In this document: piece after piece, positions 1 through 14,130 of the stretch | Layout: the number at the start of each line of letters is the position of its first letter | How positions within the stretch are numbered: position 1 is the first letter of the stretch | DNA from: Octopus sinensis | Taxonomy: Eukaryota | Direction: 5' to 3' | DNA length: 64,000 bases | NCBI RefSeq assembly: GCF_006345805.1 | Contig: NC_043004.1 | Location: 32,426,001 to 32,490,000, forward strand | Made by a program: the position numbers and the translations under genes | Notes under the pieces: model-generated | The model's database searches: none | Seen by the model: the letters and a program-made list of their open reading frames with translations, nothing else | What the model was told of the DNA's origin: nothing

Positions 1-123
1 TTACTTGTGAGATTTTTGCTAGCCTGGTAACTATTTATTTTCTTTTTCCATGTTAATTGTTAACAAGGTAAAAATACACTCATCTATTTATATAAATAAT
101 ATATATATATATATGTGTGTGTG

Positions 124-182
<59 letters not shown>

Positions 183-183
183 G

Positions 184-352
184 CGGGTGGCACGTAAAAA
201 GCACCCACTACACTCACGGAGTGGTTGGCGTTAAGAAGGGCATCCAGCCGTAGAAACACTGCCAGATCTGACTGGGCATGATGAAGCCTTCTGGCTTCAC
301 AGACCCTCAGTTGAACCGTCCAACCCATGCTAGCATGGAAAACGGACGCTAA
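184..352 (+). mobile_element. SINE/RTE-tail repeat (other copies ~11362-11530 -, ~19578-19705 -)
   Basis: Shared ggcatccagccgtagaaac...caacccatgctagcatggaaaacggacgctaaatga tail seen in three places. Confidence 0.75.
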
Positions 353-467
353 ATGAGCAAAATTTAGATTCAGATGAATATGGTACTTAAGTCAAAGGCA
401 CCAGGATTTTGTATGGTATTATCCATATAAATCAAATGGGGTGATTATAATCTTGTTGCTTATTTTG

Positions 468-498
<31 letters not shown>

Positions 499-1516
499 TC
501 TCTCACTATCTTACACTTTTACTAGTTTCAGCCATTTTACTACAGCCATACTGTAAGTGAACTATACAAATTATCTGCTAGAATAACTAAGCCAGTTAGT
601 TAAATGTCCTCTGGAGTCAGATGTGTAACTTTTGTATACTTAGCTGAGAAAGAAGCACCATGGCCAGTTCATTCTTGAGTTGTAGTTACTAAGGAGTACC
701 TCTATGATTTCTGATATATCCAGTTTTGTCGGAAATCATAGAGGCACTCCAGGTAGAGCTGCTGCTTCTCTGAATTGAGAGCTTAAAGCTTCAGTACTAT
801 GGACATGTGGTAAGAATATCTCAGGAAAGAATTGCTGGACAGGTTTTATGAGAAAAGCCAACTAGCAGGAAACTGAAGAGAAGGTCATGAGCTGAGTTGG
901 TCCTGCTTAGGAATCCAGCAGGATCAATTAGAGACAGATGCTTCTGACAGGACCCATTGCAAAGCATTCTTGAGGACTCTGTTCCCATAAGTGAGTGAAG
1001 AGGATGAGATGAGATAAAAAATACTTGCTTCCAGAACTAAAGCAAAGGCATGCAATGGAAATTTACATGGCAACTTCTAGAAAATAGTGCTAGTCTCGGT
1101 AGAACCCAAGTATCTTTTTAATGGCGGTGCCCCAGCATGGCCACAGCTCGTGAGCTGAAACTAGATAAAATAAAGTAAAATAAATAAAATAAAGTAAAAT
1201 AAATAAAATAATGAAAGCTTCTGAAAAGATATGACATCTGTAAACTATTTTTAATAGTTCAGTCAATCTAGATGCAAAGAGATACAATTTCAAGGTAAAC
1301 TTTATTGTGATAAGCTATTAAGATCAATTATGATTGAAGTGTCTTTATTAATTTGTAGTTCTGCATTTAAAAAGTCAACAAGAAACCATTCCAGTGTATC
1401 CCCTTTTGGATATGTCCGAACATCTCAATAGGTTGTTTAGAAGATATTATGTTGAGCCTACAGTTAACTCTCTGCCTGTTTGATCTTTTCATTCCTTTCG
1501 GTCTGGGGGAGGGTAA

Positions 1517-3547
1517 TGTAGGCAACGCTATTTCAAGTAGGTTTGTAACCTGCAAAATATTCATTGGTTATTAACAACAGTTATCTCTGCCAGAAAAAAT
1601 GTTCTAGATCATCCCAAGTGAACATGGTTAGCTCCCCCTTTGCTAGCATACAAGGTGTAACTACTAAACAACACATAGGAGGATGTTAGAAGCATATCAC
1701 CTACTTAACGCCTTACTTCCCTGGGCATGGACACATTGAAACTCCGACGTCTGGCAGCTGACTTGGCAGACACCCATAAAATTATCAACCATTGTACAAA
1801 CAATAACTCTGAGCACCTTTTCAAACTCCACCCATCTAACACCTGTGGACATATTTACAAAGTAAGAAAACAGCACAGCTTCCATGACTTCAGGAAACAT
1901 TTTTTCACGCTGAGAGTTGCTGAAGCATGGAACAAACTGCCGGCATCAGTTGTTAGTTGTCGGAGCACTGCATCCTTCAAAACTTCCATGCTTCCTGAGA
2001 TTCGCCAACACTACACTTGATTTTCTCCCCTCCATACACACACAAGCATGTATCTGACTCATACATTGTTCGCTTTCCAGACATTTCTACATTACTGCAT
2101 GTACCTTATATGCACTTTCTGACAAGTTGTGGTGCACCTGAGCACTGTATACAATAATTTCATTATTATTATTTTTAAGAGCATATTCCAACTGAACTTC
2201 CTCCTTCTGCTCTAAGTCACAACAAGGTCAACTTCGGAGAGAGAGAGCCAGGTACACAGAGTTGACATTCTGTCCTACTAGCAACTCGCTATGGCATTTA
2301 TTCTATACCTAGTGCCTGTCTGAAAGTAATTTTTGTAGTTTGAATTCCTTCTATTTTCTCACTGTCATTGTGGAACATGGCAAGACATAGTGAGTCATAC
2401 ATCACCAGACTTCTTCCTTACTTCTCGGATCTGCCACCCCTGTGACCAGTCTATTTCTTCTGCTGTTCCAGCAGATATCTTTACAAGGACACCTGTCTTT
2501 TTGTGGAATGATGCTGTGAAAGGACCCCTTACACCACCCTACTCAGGCCCTTTGTGTGTGCTTTCACACGCACTAAAACTTTTCACCATGGACATTAACG
2601 GTTGGAAAGAGACTGTATCTATTGACAGAATAAAGAAGGCTTTCTCTGAAAGTCTTATTCCACTACCTGAACACACCTGACACACTCACTCCACAAACAA
2701 CAACTTTACATCAACCTCAACCGTCTTTACATGCTTCCAAACAACATTTGCAAACACCACATTCCATTCCACCTTATGTTGCACAAAGTGGTAGAACAGT
2801 AACTTGGCCACACAAACTGTCCAAAACTAAATTTAATCACCTTTTCTATATTAGCATAAACTGTACCTGTTGATAAACCACCTGTTTTAAACAAACTGTT
2901 TTGCTGCATTTTCTCTTTGCACATTTTATTACATATATTCTGTATGTTATATGCATTTGTTTTTACATGTTTCCAGTCTTTTATTTGCATAATCTTGTGT
3001 TTGCATGCTTTGTTTACATTTTGCCATCTTCCATGATATATCCTTTTCCACACTCTTTGTGTCTCTACTCCTCCTTGTATAGCACGGGCAATCACCTGTT
3101 TCACTGCCTACAGTTAACTCTTTGCCTGTTCAACCTTTTCATTCCTTTCAGTCTGGGGAGGGTACTGTAGGCAGTGCTATTTGAAGCAGGTCCGTAACCT
3201 GCAAAATAACTGTTGGGAGTCAACGTCAGTTATCTCCACTGTCGAATGTTCTAGAACATCCCAAGTGAACATGGTTAGCTCCCCCTTTGCTAGCATACAA
3301 GGTATGACTGCTAAACAACACATAGGAGGATGGTAGAAGCAATTCACCTACTTAAGAGCATATTCCAACTGAACTTCCTCTTTCTGCTCTAAGTCACAAC
3401 ACGGTTAACTTCAGAGAGAGAGCCAGGCACGAGGATTTGACTTTCTGTCCCACCAACACCTTGCTACACTAGTGCCTGCCTGAAAGTGATTTTTGTAGTT
3501 TGAATTCCTTCTATTTTCTCACTTTCATCATGAAACATAACAAAACA
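1517..3547 (+). mobile_element. Internally deleted Gypsy LTR element (LTRs 1517-2387 and 3166-3547)
   Basis: Direct repeats with TG...CA ends. Purine tract (ggggagggta) precedes the LTR. Integrase C-terminal GPY/F-like remnant at 2390-2680 (PLTPPYSGP...ETVSIDRIKKAF). Confidence 0.8.
1709..2174 (+). mobile_element. CR1-clade LINE 3' end nested in the left LTR
   Basis: Encodes FRKHFFTLRVAEAWNKLPASVV and has an (att)n tail. Flanked by ttaa. The uninterrupted site cacctacttaagagc is present in the right LTR. Confidence 0.85.
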
Positions 3548-4019
3548 TTCTTCAATCACAGATAACTTTATTGAACATTGTGTACACACAGCATGAGTTT
3601 ATTTGTTATGCATTTGAATAGAACCTTGGACACATAGTTGTTCATGCATGCAGACAAGTGTTGTTATTACTGCACAGAGGTATTTTATAGCCATTGGATT
3701 AATGACTCAGTCCAGTCATTAAGGTGTTGACATCTTCATTAGCGATTTCTCTCGCTAAACTTTTAAATCTAGATGTTTGCGCCAGGTATACTCTGCCAAT
3801 AATAGGATATACAACATCGACAGGAGAGATTATCTGTATTAAATGCTAAAACTTTAGAATCAATTTCCTATGAAATGTTTTAATTGGTTATTGCTCCTAA
3901 AGCTAGGTTCAAACTAAGTTCCTATCACCATAGAAACTATGATGTCAGAAATTACTCGTTAGAAATCACTCTATATATGGCAACTTGAAAGCAGTTTCTA
4001 CCAAATTTTAAAAAAACAG

Positions 4020-6200
4020 AACATGCGATTGCCACAGACTTAACATTGTGTAGGTGTAACAATAAAATTCATGTTTGTTGGGGGAGGCATATTTTTTATT
4101 GCACTCGCCCTAGACAGGTCTGGTTTGCATCCATTTTCATCAATAATCTGCCCAAGATATTTTATTCTTGACATAAAAAATTCACATTTTTCCTCACTGA
4201 GCTTCTTCTATTCTTTTGAAGATCTTTTTCACATGCTTATCATGCTGACCTTGAGATTCACATTTTATGAGTATGACATCAAGGTAAGCTACAGCGAAAT
4301 TCGAACCTGCGAGCATAATGTCCATAACTTGTTGGAAAATGCCAAGGGAGTCGATTAAATTTATACAACCCTTTATGGGTATTTATTGTCAATAATTTTA
4401 AACATTCCTCATTGACTTTTACCTGCAAATATTCTTCAGATAGGTCCAACTTTGAGAAAAATTTTCCTCTATTCAACTTTGTGAAAATTTCTTCCAGACT
4501 TCGTAACGGATAATTATATGGCATCAAGCATTCATTGAGAAATAGTGCATTCTCGGATTTTTTTTTTCTTGATTTAAACTGTAGGGGACGCCCAATTTGT
4601 GTAATCAATTTTTTCAATCACATCAAGCTTTTTGAGTTTAACCAATTCTTTGTTGACTTGTTTCAATGCTGCGAAAGGTACCGTTCTTTTTGGTTTAAAT
4701 ACCGGTATAGTGTTTTCTTTCACTTGAAACTTTGCCTCTGTTTTTCTTCAGAAAAAACTTCTGGAAAAATTTTTTAAATTCTTTTTTAAAATCCTCTGAT
4801 ACATTATTTGTATTGGCAGAAGACCCATTCACATACTAACAAAAAATTTTTTTGGGTAGGTCCCATAAGTTAAATAGTTCTATCCAGTCTGTTCCAAATA
4901 AATTTGTTATATTTTTCAACACAAAACCTTTGGTTTTCAAAGTTTTTCCACAAAATGTAACATTACTTATCATTTCACCCATAAAATGCAATTTTTTTCT
5001 TGAAATACATTGCACAATTTTCGAAGTTTCCTTTAATCTAGGTTTCCCTATTTTTCTCCATGTATCTGTATTAATCATCATGATATCACCACCTGTATCC
5101 AATTGTAACTTGATATTCATGTTATTCATTTTTATGGACACAATTTTTCTTTTCTGAGCTTTGCTTAGAATTTCTTTAGCAATACATTCTTTCTAGCATT
5201 TTTTTTAACCTTTTTTTTTTGTTTTGCTATTCAATTTGTGCTTTTATGTATGATTTTTCCACAATCAAAGCAGTTATTATTTTCAAAAGATCAATTATTT
5301 TAAAAATGTAAACCTCTGCAACCATAGCATGGATTTAGCCTAGACATTCGTTTTTCTTTTTTCTTATCCGTTTCAGGACGACATGCATGTATTTGAGAGC
5401 AATCTTTTTCTTCAGTTTTATCTGTGTCATGCCTTAAATTTATAATCCTCTGGCATTCTTCAGCCACTGCCTTTAGTGTTAATTTTTGGTCCTGTTCTAA
5501 TTTTGTTAATATACGGTAACATATATCATCTTTTCTTGCTATTAACCCTTGAACAAAAAATATACATTTGAACAAATCCGGGGTTAATTCATTTAATTTG
5601 AATTTTTCACACTCTCTGTCAACTACCCCAGCAAGGTGACGAAACCTTCATCTTTTTTAAATAAATTTAAACATTGCCAATGAGTATTGAACAGTGAGCT
5701 TCTTTCACTGAAAATTCTCAATAACAAATTAACTGTTTCATTGAAACAAATCTCACCTGGTTTCTTTGGCAGATTATGGTTACAGTATTTTTCATGTTCA
5801 GGAGGGGATAACTTTCTTAAAAGTAGTCACACCTTCCCGTCATTCCAATTTTTACATTCTTCTTTGAAGATTTCTTTGTTTCTTCTAAAATATGAAGAAA
5901 AAGTAATACCTTCTTCTGGGTTATAGATAAATTCTCCAATTGAATTTGCTATGCTGTCTGATGAGAATGAACCTGAAGTATTTTCAGACTTCAACATTAC
6001 TTCCAGTAACTGTTGGTATTGTTGTTGTTGTTGTTGTAACTGCTGTTGTTGCTGTTGCAAATGTACCATGCGAGTCAACAAGTCTTCCATGTTAAATAAG
6101 TTTTTCTTTGGTTTTGTACCACAAAACAAAAAAAATTTAAGAGTTCCATTCTCCAATCCACCAACGTGTCAATGACCCTTGTCACAACAGTACTGTGTAG
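4020..6200 (-). mobile_element. Degenerate Gypsy gag-protease-RT
   Basis: Gag (FIYNPEEGITFSSYFRR, CYGC knuckle), protease LQLDTGGD, RT FSKLDLSEEYLQ...NTHKGLYKFNRLP and AVAYLDV. Multiple stops and frameshifts. Confidence 0.9.
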
Positions 6201-6802
6201 AAGAGTAATCATTAGGCCAAGACAAAAAAAAAAAAAAAATTTCTGATAATTGGAAAGAAAAGATGGTAAAAATGAGACTAAAATAATTTGAGAGATATGT
6301 TAATTTTATCAGAAGACATAATTTAGATTAAGTCCCTTGGATTGTGTGACATCTTAGTAAGGGATCTGTATGAAAAAGGTGCAAAATAAGAATAAACACA
6401 TATACAGCACAAAATTTACAAAGTCAATTTTTTTTCCCCATTGAAAATTATCCATATGGTAACAGAATGTGTTTATTTGATATCATGAGTGTATATACAA
6501 GTATATATATACATGTTGACTCCCAATTTTTTCAGTTATCTATTCACACACAACAGATGCTCAAATGCAATCCTGGAAGTATGTATAATACTACGACTGG
6601 ATAACACAGGGTGAAATCTGAAGATGAACATGCTTTATACTACTACTACGTCCTTAACAGAATATACCACAACTATATATATATATATAGACACACTTCT
6701 GTGTATTGATATTTAAACTAATCTTTTACTCTTTTACTTGTTTCAGTTATTAGGCTGTAGCCATGCTGGGGTACAGCTTTGAAGAATTTTAGTTGAATAA
6801 AT

Positions 6803-7219
6803 GGATCTTTTCGGTTTGAACGGCAGTTTTTAACATAATTTCTAGGTAACTAAAAAATTTTAAACTTCGTATACTGGTAGAATGTGTTTATAAAACATCT
6901 TTTTCTCTTGGCTTTATTGAGAAAATTCTATAGTTTGTAAGATATTTGTTTTTTTCCTTCAACTTCTGCAATTTCAACCAATCACTGACATCTATTGAAG
7001 TAAAAAAAAAAATTCTGTGCTGTATGAATATGTCCCTCGTTTAAGAAACAGATTGGGTTTATTTACATCTGTGAAGAAAAAAAAGATACCCTTCCCCCAC
7101 CCCTAATCCTAACCCTAAAACAGATTGAAATGCAATAGATCGATACTAGGGTCATAATTATGGGTGACGATTTCATATGACACCACGAAAAAAAACTGCC
7201 GTTCAAACCGAAAAGATCC
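6803..7219. mobile_element. Merlin-like MITE inserted in a SINE
   Basis: ~28-bp terminal inverted repeats ggatcttttcggtttgaacggcagtttt starting GG, with an 8-bp target duplication gaataaat on both sides. Confidence 0.8.
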
Positions 7220-7739
7220 GAATAAATTGATCCCAGAACTTATTTTTTCATGTACTAGTATTTATTCTTTCAATCTTTTTTGTCAAACTGCTAAATTATG
7301 GGGACATAAACACACCATTGTCAAGCAATGGTGGGCCCTAAACTCGCACTGCAGAAATCCTTTTATCACTCTACTTTTCAATATAACTCTGTAGCTGTTA
7401 TATCCAGTGCCTCTAATTTCCTTGAGGTAACAACCGTCCTGTAAAATCTTTTAGAAAGGGAATTCTAGGCATGGAAGCTAAACTTAGAATCAAGAGGTCT
7501 TAAGGTAAACTTAGCAAAGATAACTATTTTAGTAAGTAGGAAAAAAGGCAGGACCCTTGGCACCTTCAGGAATCAAAGCTGAGATACTTAAAATATCTAG
7601 CAGAGTAGGATATGGCCCAGTCAACTAGTTTACTAGGTTGTACAGGAAGGTGTCATACTATGGCTGGCATAGCAGCATTCTAATCAACTGTTACTAGGGT
7701 AAAAGAGATGCCTTAGATAGAAGTCATTACAGAGGTATT

Positions 7740-8520
7740 ACAGGGCTGGACCAGGTCATGAAAGTTATGGAAAGTTATCGCCCAATTGTTATCAGGAAGA
7801 GAATTAGCCTAGATGAGATACAGTTTGGTTTTGTGCCAAGAAGGAGAAATTCCATTTGGTGTACTCAGTGCAAACTATGGACACTCAAGAGGTGCCATGG
7901 AATTACAGAAAGGATAATGGCAAAAGTAGACTTTGTATATGCCAAACATTCCTGAGCAGTAAATACTGAAAACACAGGAAATAGATTCTCTCAAATACCC
8001 ACGAGGTTCCCTAGAGGTAGCAGATAGTTTTGTTTCTTAAGTGATCTAATTAGCAGTGAAGGAGGATGTTCTGAGAGTATAATTGCAAGAATAAGTATAG
8101 CATGGAGAGAGTTCAAATAGTTATTACCACTGTTGACCATACAATGCTTGTATATGAACAGCCATGCTGCTTGGTGGTGAGATATGGGCCCTGAATGCAA
8201 GCCAGCATGCTCTGATGAATGTGTTCTGCTGGATGTGATATGTCAGAGTGCATGAATAACAAAGTATAAATGTATTGAGAGAAAAATAAAGAGTAAGAGG
8301 AACAGGTGTAGTGTGTAAGGGAGAAGACTGCACTGGTATGGACATGTGATGTGTGTGTGTGGATGAGGACAGTTGTATAAAGAAATGCTAATTTGACAAG
8401 TGGATGAAACTTGTCAAAGAGGGAGCCCTAGGAAGACATGGGACAGATGTTGGACCTCATGGAAGAGAAGACAAAGGATTTAAATGATTGGCATTTTACT
8501 GTGCTTGATAATACCTGTCT
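7740..8520 (+). mobile_element. RTE-clade LINE fragment
   Basis: IRKRISLDEIQFGFVP and downstream RT C-terminal remnants. Homologous to 9560-10530. Confidence 0.75.
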
Positions 8521-9559
8521 ATATGGTGAAAGTGAGGTCCTTTTCCTTTTATCCAATCTTCCCTTGCCTTTCATCATCATAAAACCCATCCCTCCATTAC
8601 TTTTCTAACAATGGCACTATTCAGCTGCTGTAATCAAGACAGAAGAATTTGCATGTATTTCTTCCCCTTTGCCCTTCCAGTTACCTCCCCATCTCGCTGG
8701 AATCATTTCCATTAACATCCACCTCTCTTTCACATTATCATCTCTTCCTTTATTTACTATTTTTTTTATTATCTTGCGCATGTAAGCAAAAGCAGGGTAT
8801 TGTAGTCACTCATCTTTGTTTGTGTGCTTGCAAAATTACTGGGAAATGGCTGAATGGATTTTCACCAATACATAGATATGTGACAGTGTATGTGTGTGTA
8901 CAGTGATAGATTCAAAGGTTTCATTTATTTACAAGTTGATTTCTTAATTTCACCGGAGTATAAATACCCATAATGGTGATGCTTTAAAAAAAAAAAATTT
9001 TTTTTAAGATTGAACTTACAAATTTCCTGATAAGCAGGTTTAGTCAAAAAAGTGTAATTCAGTTCAGTTAAAAAGCATGGGTAGGCGACACATTGTAAGC
9101 CACACTATAATTTTCAAAAAAATTTATCTGCATGCAAGGTATGCATCACCCCTCCAATGCCTTTTTTTTTTCCATTTTTAAAATTTCTTTTATTCATTTT
9201 CCACTGATTACCTCCTCCCCCCATCCTGAGCTACATCTTAGAACTGCTATACCTCACCTTTAACACTCTGTCATATTTGCTGTTGATTTCACCTCCACCT
9301 TTTCCCACCCACAAACAATAGCTACCACAGTGTAACTCTCAACTCCATCTCTGTCCCTATACATCTCTCTTTCTCTCTCATGCCACTCTCCAACCCCACA
9401 CATCATCTCCCTATTTCTGATCTATCTGCATGTTATCTTTTTCTTTGTTTGGCAATTTACTTGGCAATGCCACTAGTACTTGTGCCAAAAAAAGAACCAA
9501 CCAGTACACTCTGCATGATACATATGATGATACATATATGCATAAGGGTTATAGCTTAA

Positions 9560-10530
9560 TTAATTAGAGAGAGGGTTAAAACTAGTTGAGATGTAGATTG
9601 GTTTTGTGCCAGGGAGAAGTATTATGGATGTTCTCTTCCTTGTGAGGCAACTACAGAAGAAATATTTACTTAAAAGTATGCTACCATACTTAACATTCTT
9701 TGACCTGGGGAAAGCCTTCAACAGAATACTCCATTCTGTAATCTGTTGGGTATTGAAGAAGCTAGGAATAGATGAATGGTGTGTGGGAGCCATACAAACT
9801 ATAGCCAAAGGCACTGTTAGTAAATTGAGACATAACAAGTACTGCAACAAATTCAGCACAGTTGGGAATTCATCACAGCTCAGTTTTCACTTCTCTTCTC
9901 TTCATCAGAGCTCTCCAAGCCATAACAGAGGAGGTTAAGACCCTTTGCTCTTAGAAACTGCTATATACTGATGATTCCTCATTCTTGTAGCAGAATCTGT
10001 TGTAGAATTAGAAAAGAAATTCTGCATGTGTAGACAACACCCAGAATCAAAAATTCTCTTAGCTAAGACCAAAATTTAAGTAAGTTAGAATACAGACAGC
10101 ACTCTTCTCCCTTTCAGGAAAAAATCCCTGCTTCATATGTAGAAAAGGTATGGGTGGAAATTCCATACAGTGTACCCAGTACAAACTATGGACACTAAAG
10201 AAATGCAATTGAATCACAGGAGTATGTGGCATATGCTCAGGAGTGATAAACCCTAGAAACACAAGGAAAATAGATTTTCTTGCATGCCAAAGAAGATCCT
10301 TAGAGGTAGTAGATAGTTTCTGTTACCTAGGTGACCTGATTAACACTGGAGGAAGATGTTCTGAAAGTGTAGTTGATAGAAAAAGAACTGGCTGGACAAA
10401 GTTCAGAGATGTATTACCTTTGTTGGCAACAAAATGTCTCTCTCAGAGTGAAGGGTAAATTGCATGATGCCTATGTATGAACAGCAACACCACAAGGTAT
10501 TGAGATGTGAGAATTGAATGCAAAGGACAT
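9560..10530 (+). mobile_element. RTE-clade LINE RT fragment
   Basis: PGRSIMDVLFLVRQLQKKY...FFDLGKAFNR, LLYTDD and EVVDSFCYLGD motifs. Confidence 0.85.
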
Positions 10531-10968
10531 GGCCATTAAAGTTATTACACTTAATTTTTATTTGCTTAAGCCATCTAAATATAAGTTGCCACTATGGAGA
10601 AATACAGCTCACTTTAGTGTGAATCCAAAATGATTGGCATATTTTGTTAGCTTGTGATACTGAGTTCAAATTCTTTTGAAGAAGGTGAACTACACTTGAT
10701 TCATGAATTTTTTAAATGTACCCCGCAAGCTCCAATGCCTGATGAATACACTATTTATAAAGCTTCTTTTTTTTTTTTTTCCTGTCCATAAATTTCTTAA
10801 GAAAAAGGCAAGTAAAACAAGCAATGAGAATACATTGCACAAAACTTCTACAAAATTATACCTGAGTTTATATAAGCCGTCTTGATTCACTTCTTTTGTT
10901 ATTTAAGCTGATTTATGATTTCAATAATTAGAAATTTCGACTGATTTTATATTCTATCTTTATTTTAG

Positions 10969-11063
10969 AGTGGAGTCCTCTCTATATATCTTGGGGATTA
11001 TGGTACCTATGTCCTAAACAAACAGTCACCTAATCAACAGATTTGGCTTTCTTCACCAATCAG
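10969..11063 (+). CDS. FXN: Frataxin, penultimate coding exon
   Basis: Acceptor tattttag| and donor |gtaag. Translates [32 protein letters not shown], matching the frataxin/CyaY signature GTYVINKQxPNxQIWLSSPxSGP. Ends in phase 2. Confidence 0.95.
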
Positions 11064-12520
11064 GTAAGACAAAATAATGGCAATAAATAATTATAAAGCT
11101 TTAGAAATTACTGAAAATTGAATGGAAAGGAATTTTTAAAATGTTTGTGTAAATAAAATGTGGTACATGTAAAATCTTTCATTTCTTACATGACTAATAT
11201 CAGTTTCAAATTTTGGCACAAGGCCAGCAATTTCAGGGGAGGAGGCAAGTCCATTACATTGACCTCAGTGCTCAACTGGTACTTATTTTATCAATCCTGA
11301 AAGGAGAGACAAAGTTTAGCCTTGGCAGAATTTGAACTCAGAATCATCATCATCATCATCATAATCGTTTAACGTCTGTTTTCCATGCTAGCATGGGTTG
11401 GATGGTTTTGACTGAGGGCTGGCAACCAGATGGCTGTACCAGGCTCCAGTATTGATCTGGCAGAGTTTCTACAGCTGGATGCCCTTCCTAATGTCAACCA
11501 CTCCAAGAGTGTAGTGGGTGCTTTTTAGGTGCCACCTGCATGAAGGCCAGTCAGGCGGTACTGGCAATGACCTCGCTTGAATCTTTTACACGTGCCACTG
11601 ATACAAGTGCGAGTGAAGCGACGTTGGTAACGATCACACTCGAAATGGTGCCTTTTTACGTGCCACGGGTACAGAAGCCAGTTCGCTGCTCTGGCAACGA
11701 TCACAACGATCACGCTCGGATGGTGTTCTTGGCACCCTACTAGCACAGGCATAAGTGCCAGTAAGGTGATGCTGGTAACGATCATACTCGAATAGCCGCT
11801 CAGTCAATGATCACACTCGTATGGTGCTCTTTGCGCTCCGCTAGCACGGATGCCTGCCATCGAAATGGTTTTGATTTTGATTTCACTTGCCGCAAGCAAA
11901 GTTTAGTGACCAAAGAAGGAAAAGCTACGCATAAGCGGGCTGGTTATGCTCCTGGCATAGGCCACGGGTCATGGTTTCATCTGGCTTGCTGGGTCTTCTC
12001 GAGCACAGCATATTTCCAAAGGTCTCGGTTGCTTGTCATTTCCTTGGTGAGGCCTAATGTTCGAAGGTCGTGCTTCACCACTTCATCCCAGGTCTTCCTG
12101 ATTCTACCTCTTTCACAGGTTCCCTCAACGGCTAGGGTGTGGCACTTTTTCCTCATCCATTCTCACCACATAACCATACCAATGCAGTCGTCTCTCTTGC
12201 ACACCACATCTAATGTAAAGACAAATGGCTAATGATTCTACTGGTTTGCTGCCTTGTATATAGCTAATATTAGTTATAAATGATATTCAAATGTATTTCT
12301 TGATATACATCTGAAAATTTTCATATTTAAATAACTAAAATCAGATACACTAACCAAACCAATTTATATACTAGCAGCTTTCTACTAATTATAACAGTAT
12401 ATATTATATATATATTTGTGCTATAGATCATATCTATAGGATTTTTAGCTAATGCTGTATGGCAATGATTGTAAGCAATTCATCTGTATGATATACTTGT
12501 GGACAGAAAAAGTGGGAATG

Positions 12521-12562
12521 GCTGTACATATGTTTTGACTCTTTGGAGTCTTCATCAGCAGC
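12521..12562 (-). ncRNA. Minimal type I hammerhead motif (G12 decayed)
   Basis: Minus strand: gctg CTGATGA a gactc-caaa-gagtc AAAA catatg TA cagc. Confidence 0.7.
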
Positions 12563-13689
12563 TGCATATCACCTTTAGCTATCCACAAATACTGCTTATA
12601 AACCCACTAATATTAAGGGTTAAAATAAACTGTATGGACTTGCATATTTAACACTTTTATGACAGCATGATTGAATATTAAATTCCTTGTGTGTTAATTA
12701 TGTCATTTCATCCAGACACTCCATGCTCCCACTGTATATATATTGGGCATAACTGTGTGATTAAGAAAGTGAAGGTGCAGGCATGGTTGTGTAAAGAAGT
12801 TTACTTCTTAACTGAGTGATTTGGGGGTCAGCCCAATGTGCCCCATTTTCATGAAATGTCTTCTATTATAATCTCAGGCTGGCCTATGCATTTTGAGGGA
12901 ATTTGTTTGGCAGAAATTGTAAAAAGCTCACTATGTACTTACCTAGTCCCTTTTTCTTTCCTTCCGTCAAGTTGAGAAGTGGTTGTGGAGTTAAGCTCTC
13001 ACTTCTCATGACAAATGTTTCAAACAGCCTCTGACAACAAAACCCAACTCCTGACCTTGGGTTTAGTTGTTTGACTTAGCTTCTAAGTCTGGTGGAACTG
13101 TTTGTGTTGACAGGAAAAGAAATGAAGGTGGGTGCTGGTGCCTTAAGACCAGTGCGCTGGGTTGATGGAATTACTACCCTGGGAAGACAACTCATTTAAG
13201 AGAGGACAAACTCTGACTTCAAATCTCTGCTACTTTTGGTGATACCCACATGAAAGAAAGGGAGATGATGTGTGGCTGCAAAGAGTGGGAGGAGAAAGAA
13301 AGATGTAGTACTTGGAAAAAATGAAAGATATGTAATGGAGAGGGAGAGACAGAAGGAGATTTTCTGTAAAATATGAATGGAGAGAGTTAATGTTAAGAAT
13401 GAAGAACGGCTATCAAGTGAAGAGGCCTTTGGTAGTGAGAAAGATAGCTGATATCTCAGAAAAAGATGATAAATGAAATATGTAGTTCTGCTCACATTTA
13501 ATTATAACAGCAGAATGCTGCAGCTAGGGAAGTGATGGAGGGATCAGCGATACAGAGATGGAGGTGGTAGGGAAGGCTTGACAAGGAAATTGAGCAAGGG
13601 CCCAGTTGTATATATACACTTGCTTCTAGAATGTCAGTTTTGCTAAGATGTGTGAGCTTTCTCAAGCACTGCATATCACCAGTCATCAC

Positions 13690-14130
13690 AATCCTTTATC
13701 ACCTCCCCTGTGAAGTTCAAAGACCTAAGATCAGCCTTCACTACTTTTGCCCCATGTCTTCCTGTGTCTGTCTTATCCACAGGCTCCATCCACATTAAGC
13801 AATCAACATTTCTTTATACAGCTGTCTCTATCCATACATATCACATGGCCATACCAGTGCAGTCTTCTCTCTTGCACACTACACCTGATTCCTCTTACTC
13901 TTTATTTTTCTCTCAACTCATATACTTTGTCATTACATATCCAACAGAGTATATTAGCTTCATTTCTTTCTAGTCTTTGCAAGTCCTCTGCACTAAGAGT
14001 CCACATCTTACTACCTTGTAACATTGTTGTTCATATATAAACATGCCATCTGCTTTTCACTCTAACAGAGAAATCTCTTTGCTACCAACAGAAGTAGTAG
14101 TTCTTTAAATTATTTCGGTCTATGGAAAGT
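13690..14130 (-). mobile_element. RTE LINE 3' fragment (related piece at ~12000-12215)
   Basis: Reverse-complement similarity to 8100-8520 (gtgtagtgtgcaagagagaagactgcactggtatggccatgtg). Confidence 0.7.

Noticed and set aside
6020-6060. PolyQ host protein
   Set aside because: It lies at the N-terminus of a decayed Gypsy gag.
1-10960. Upstream frataxin exons
   Set aside because: No sequence encoding the N-terminal helix region was found. These exons probably lie before the window.
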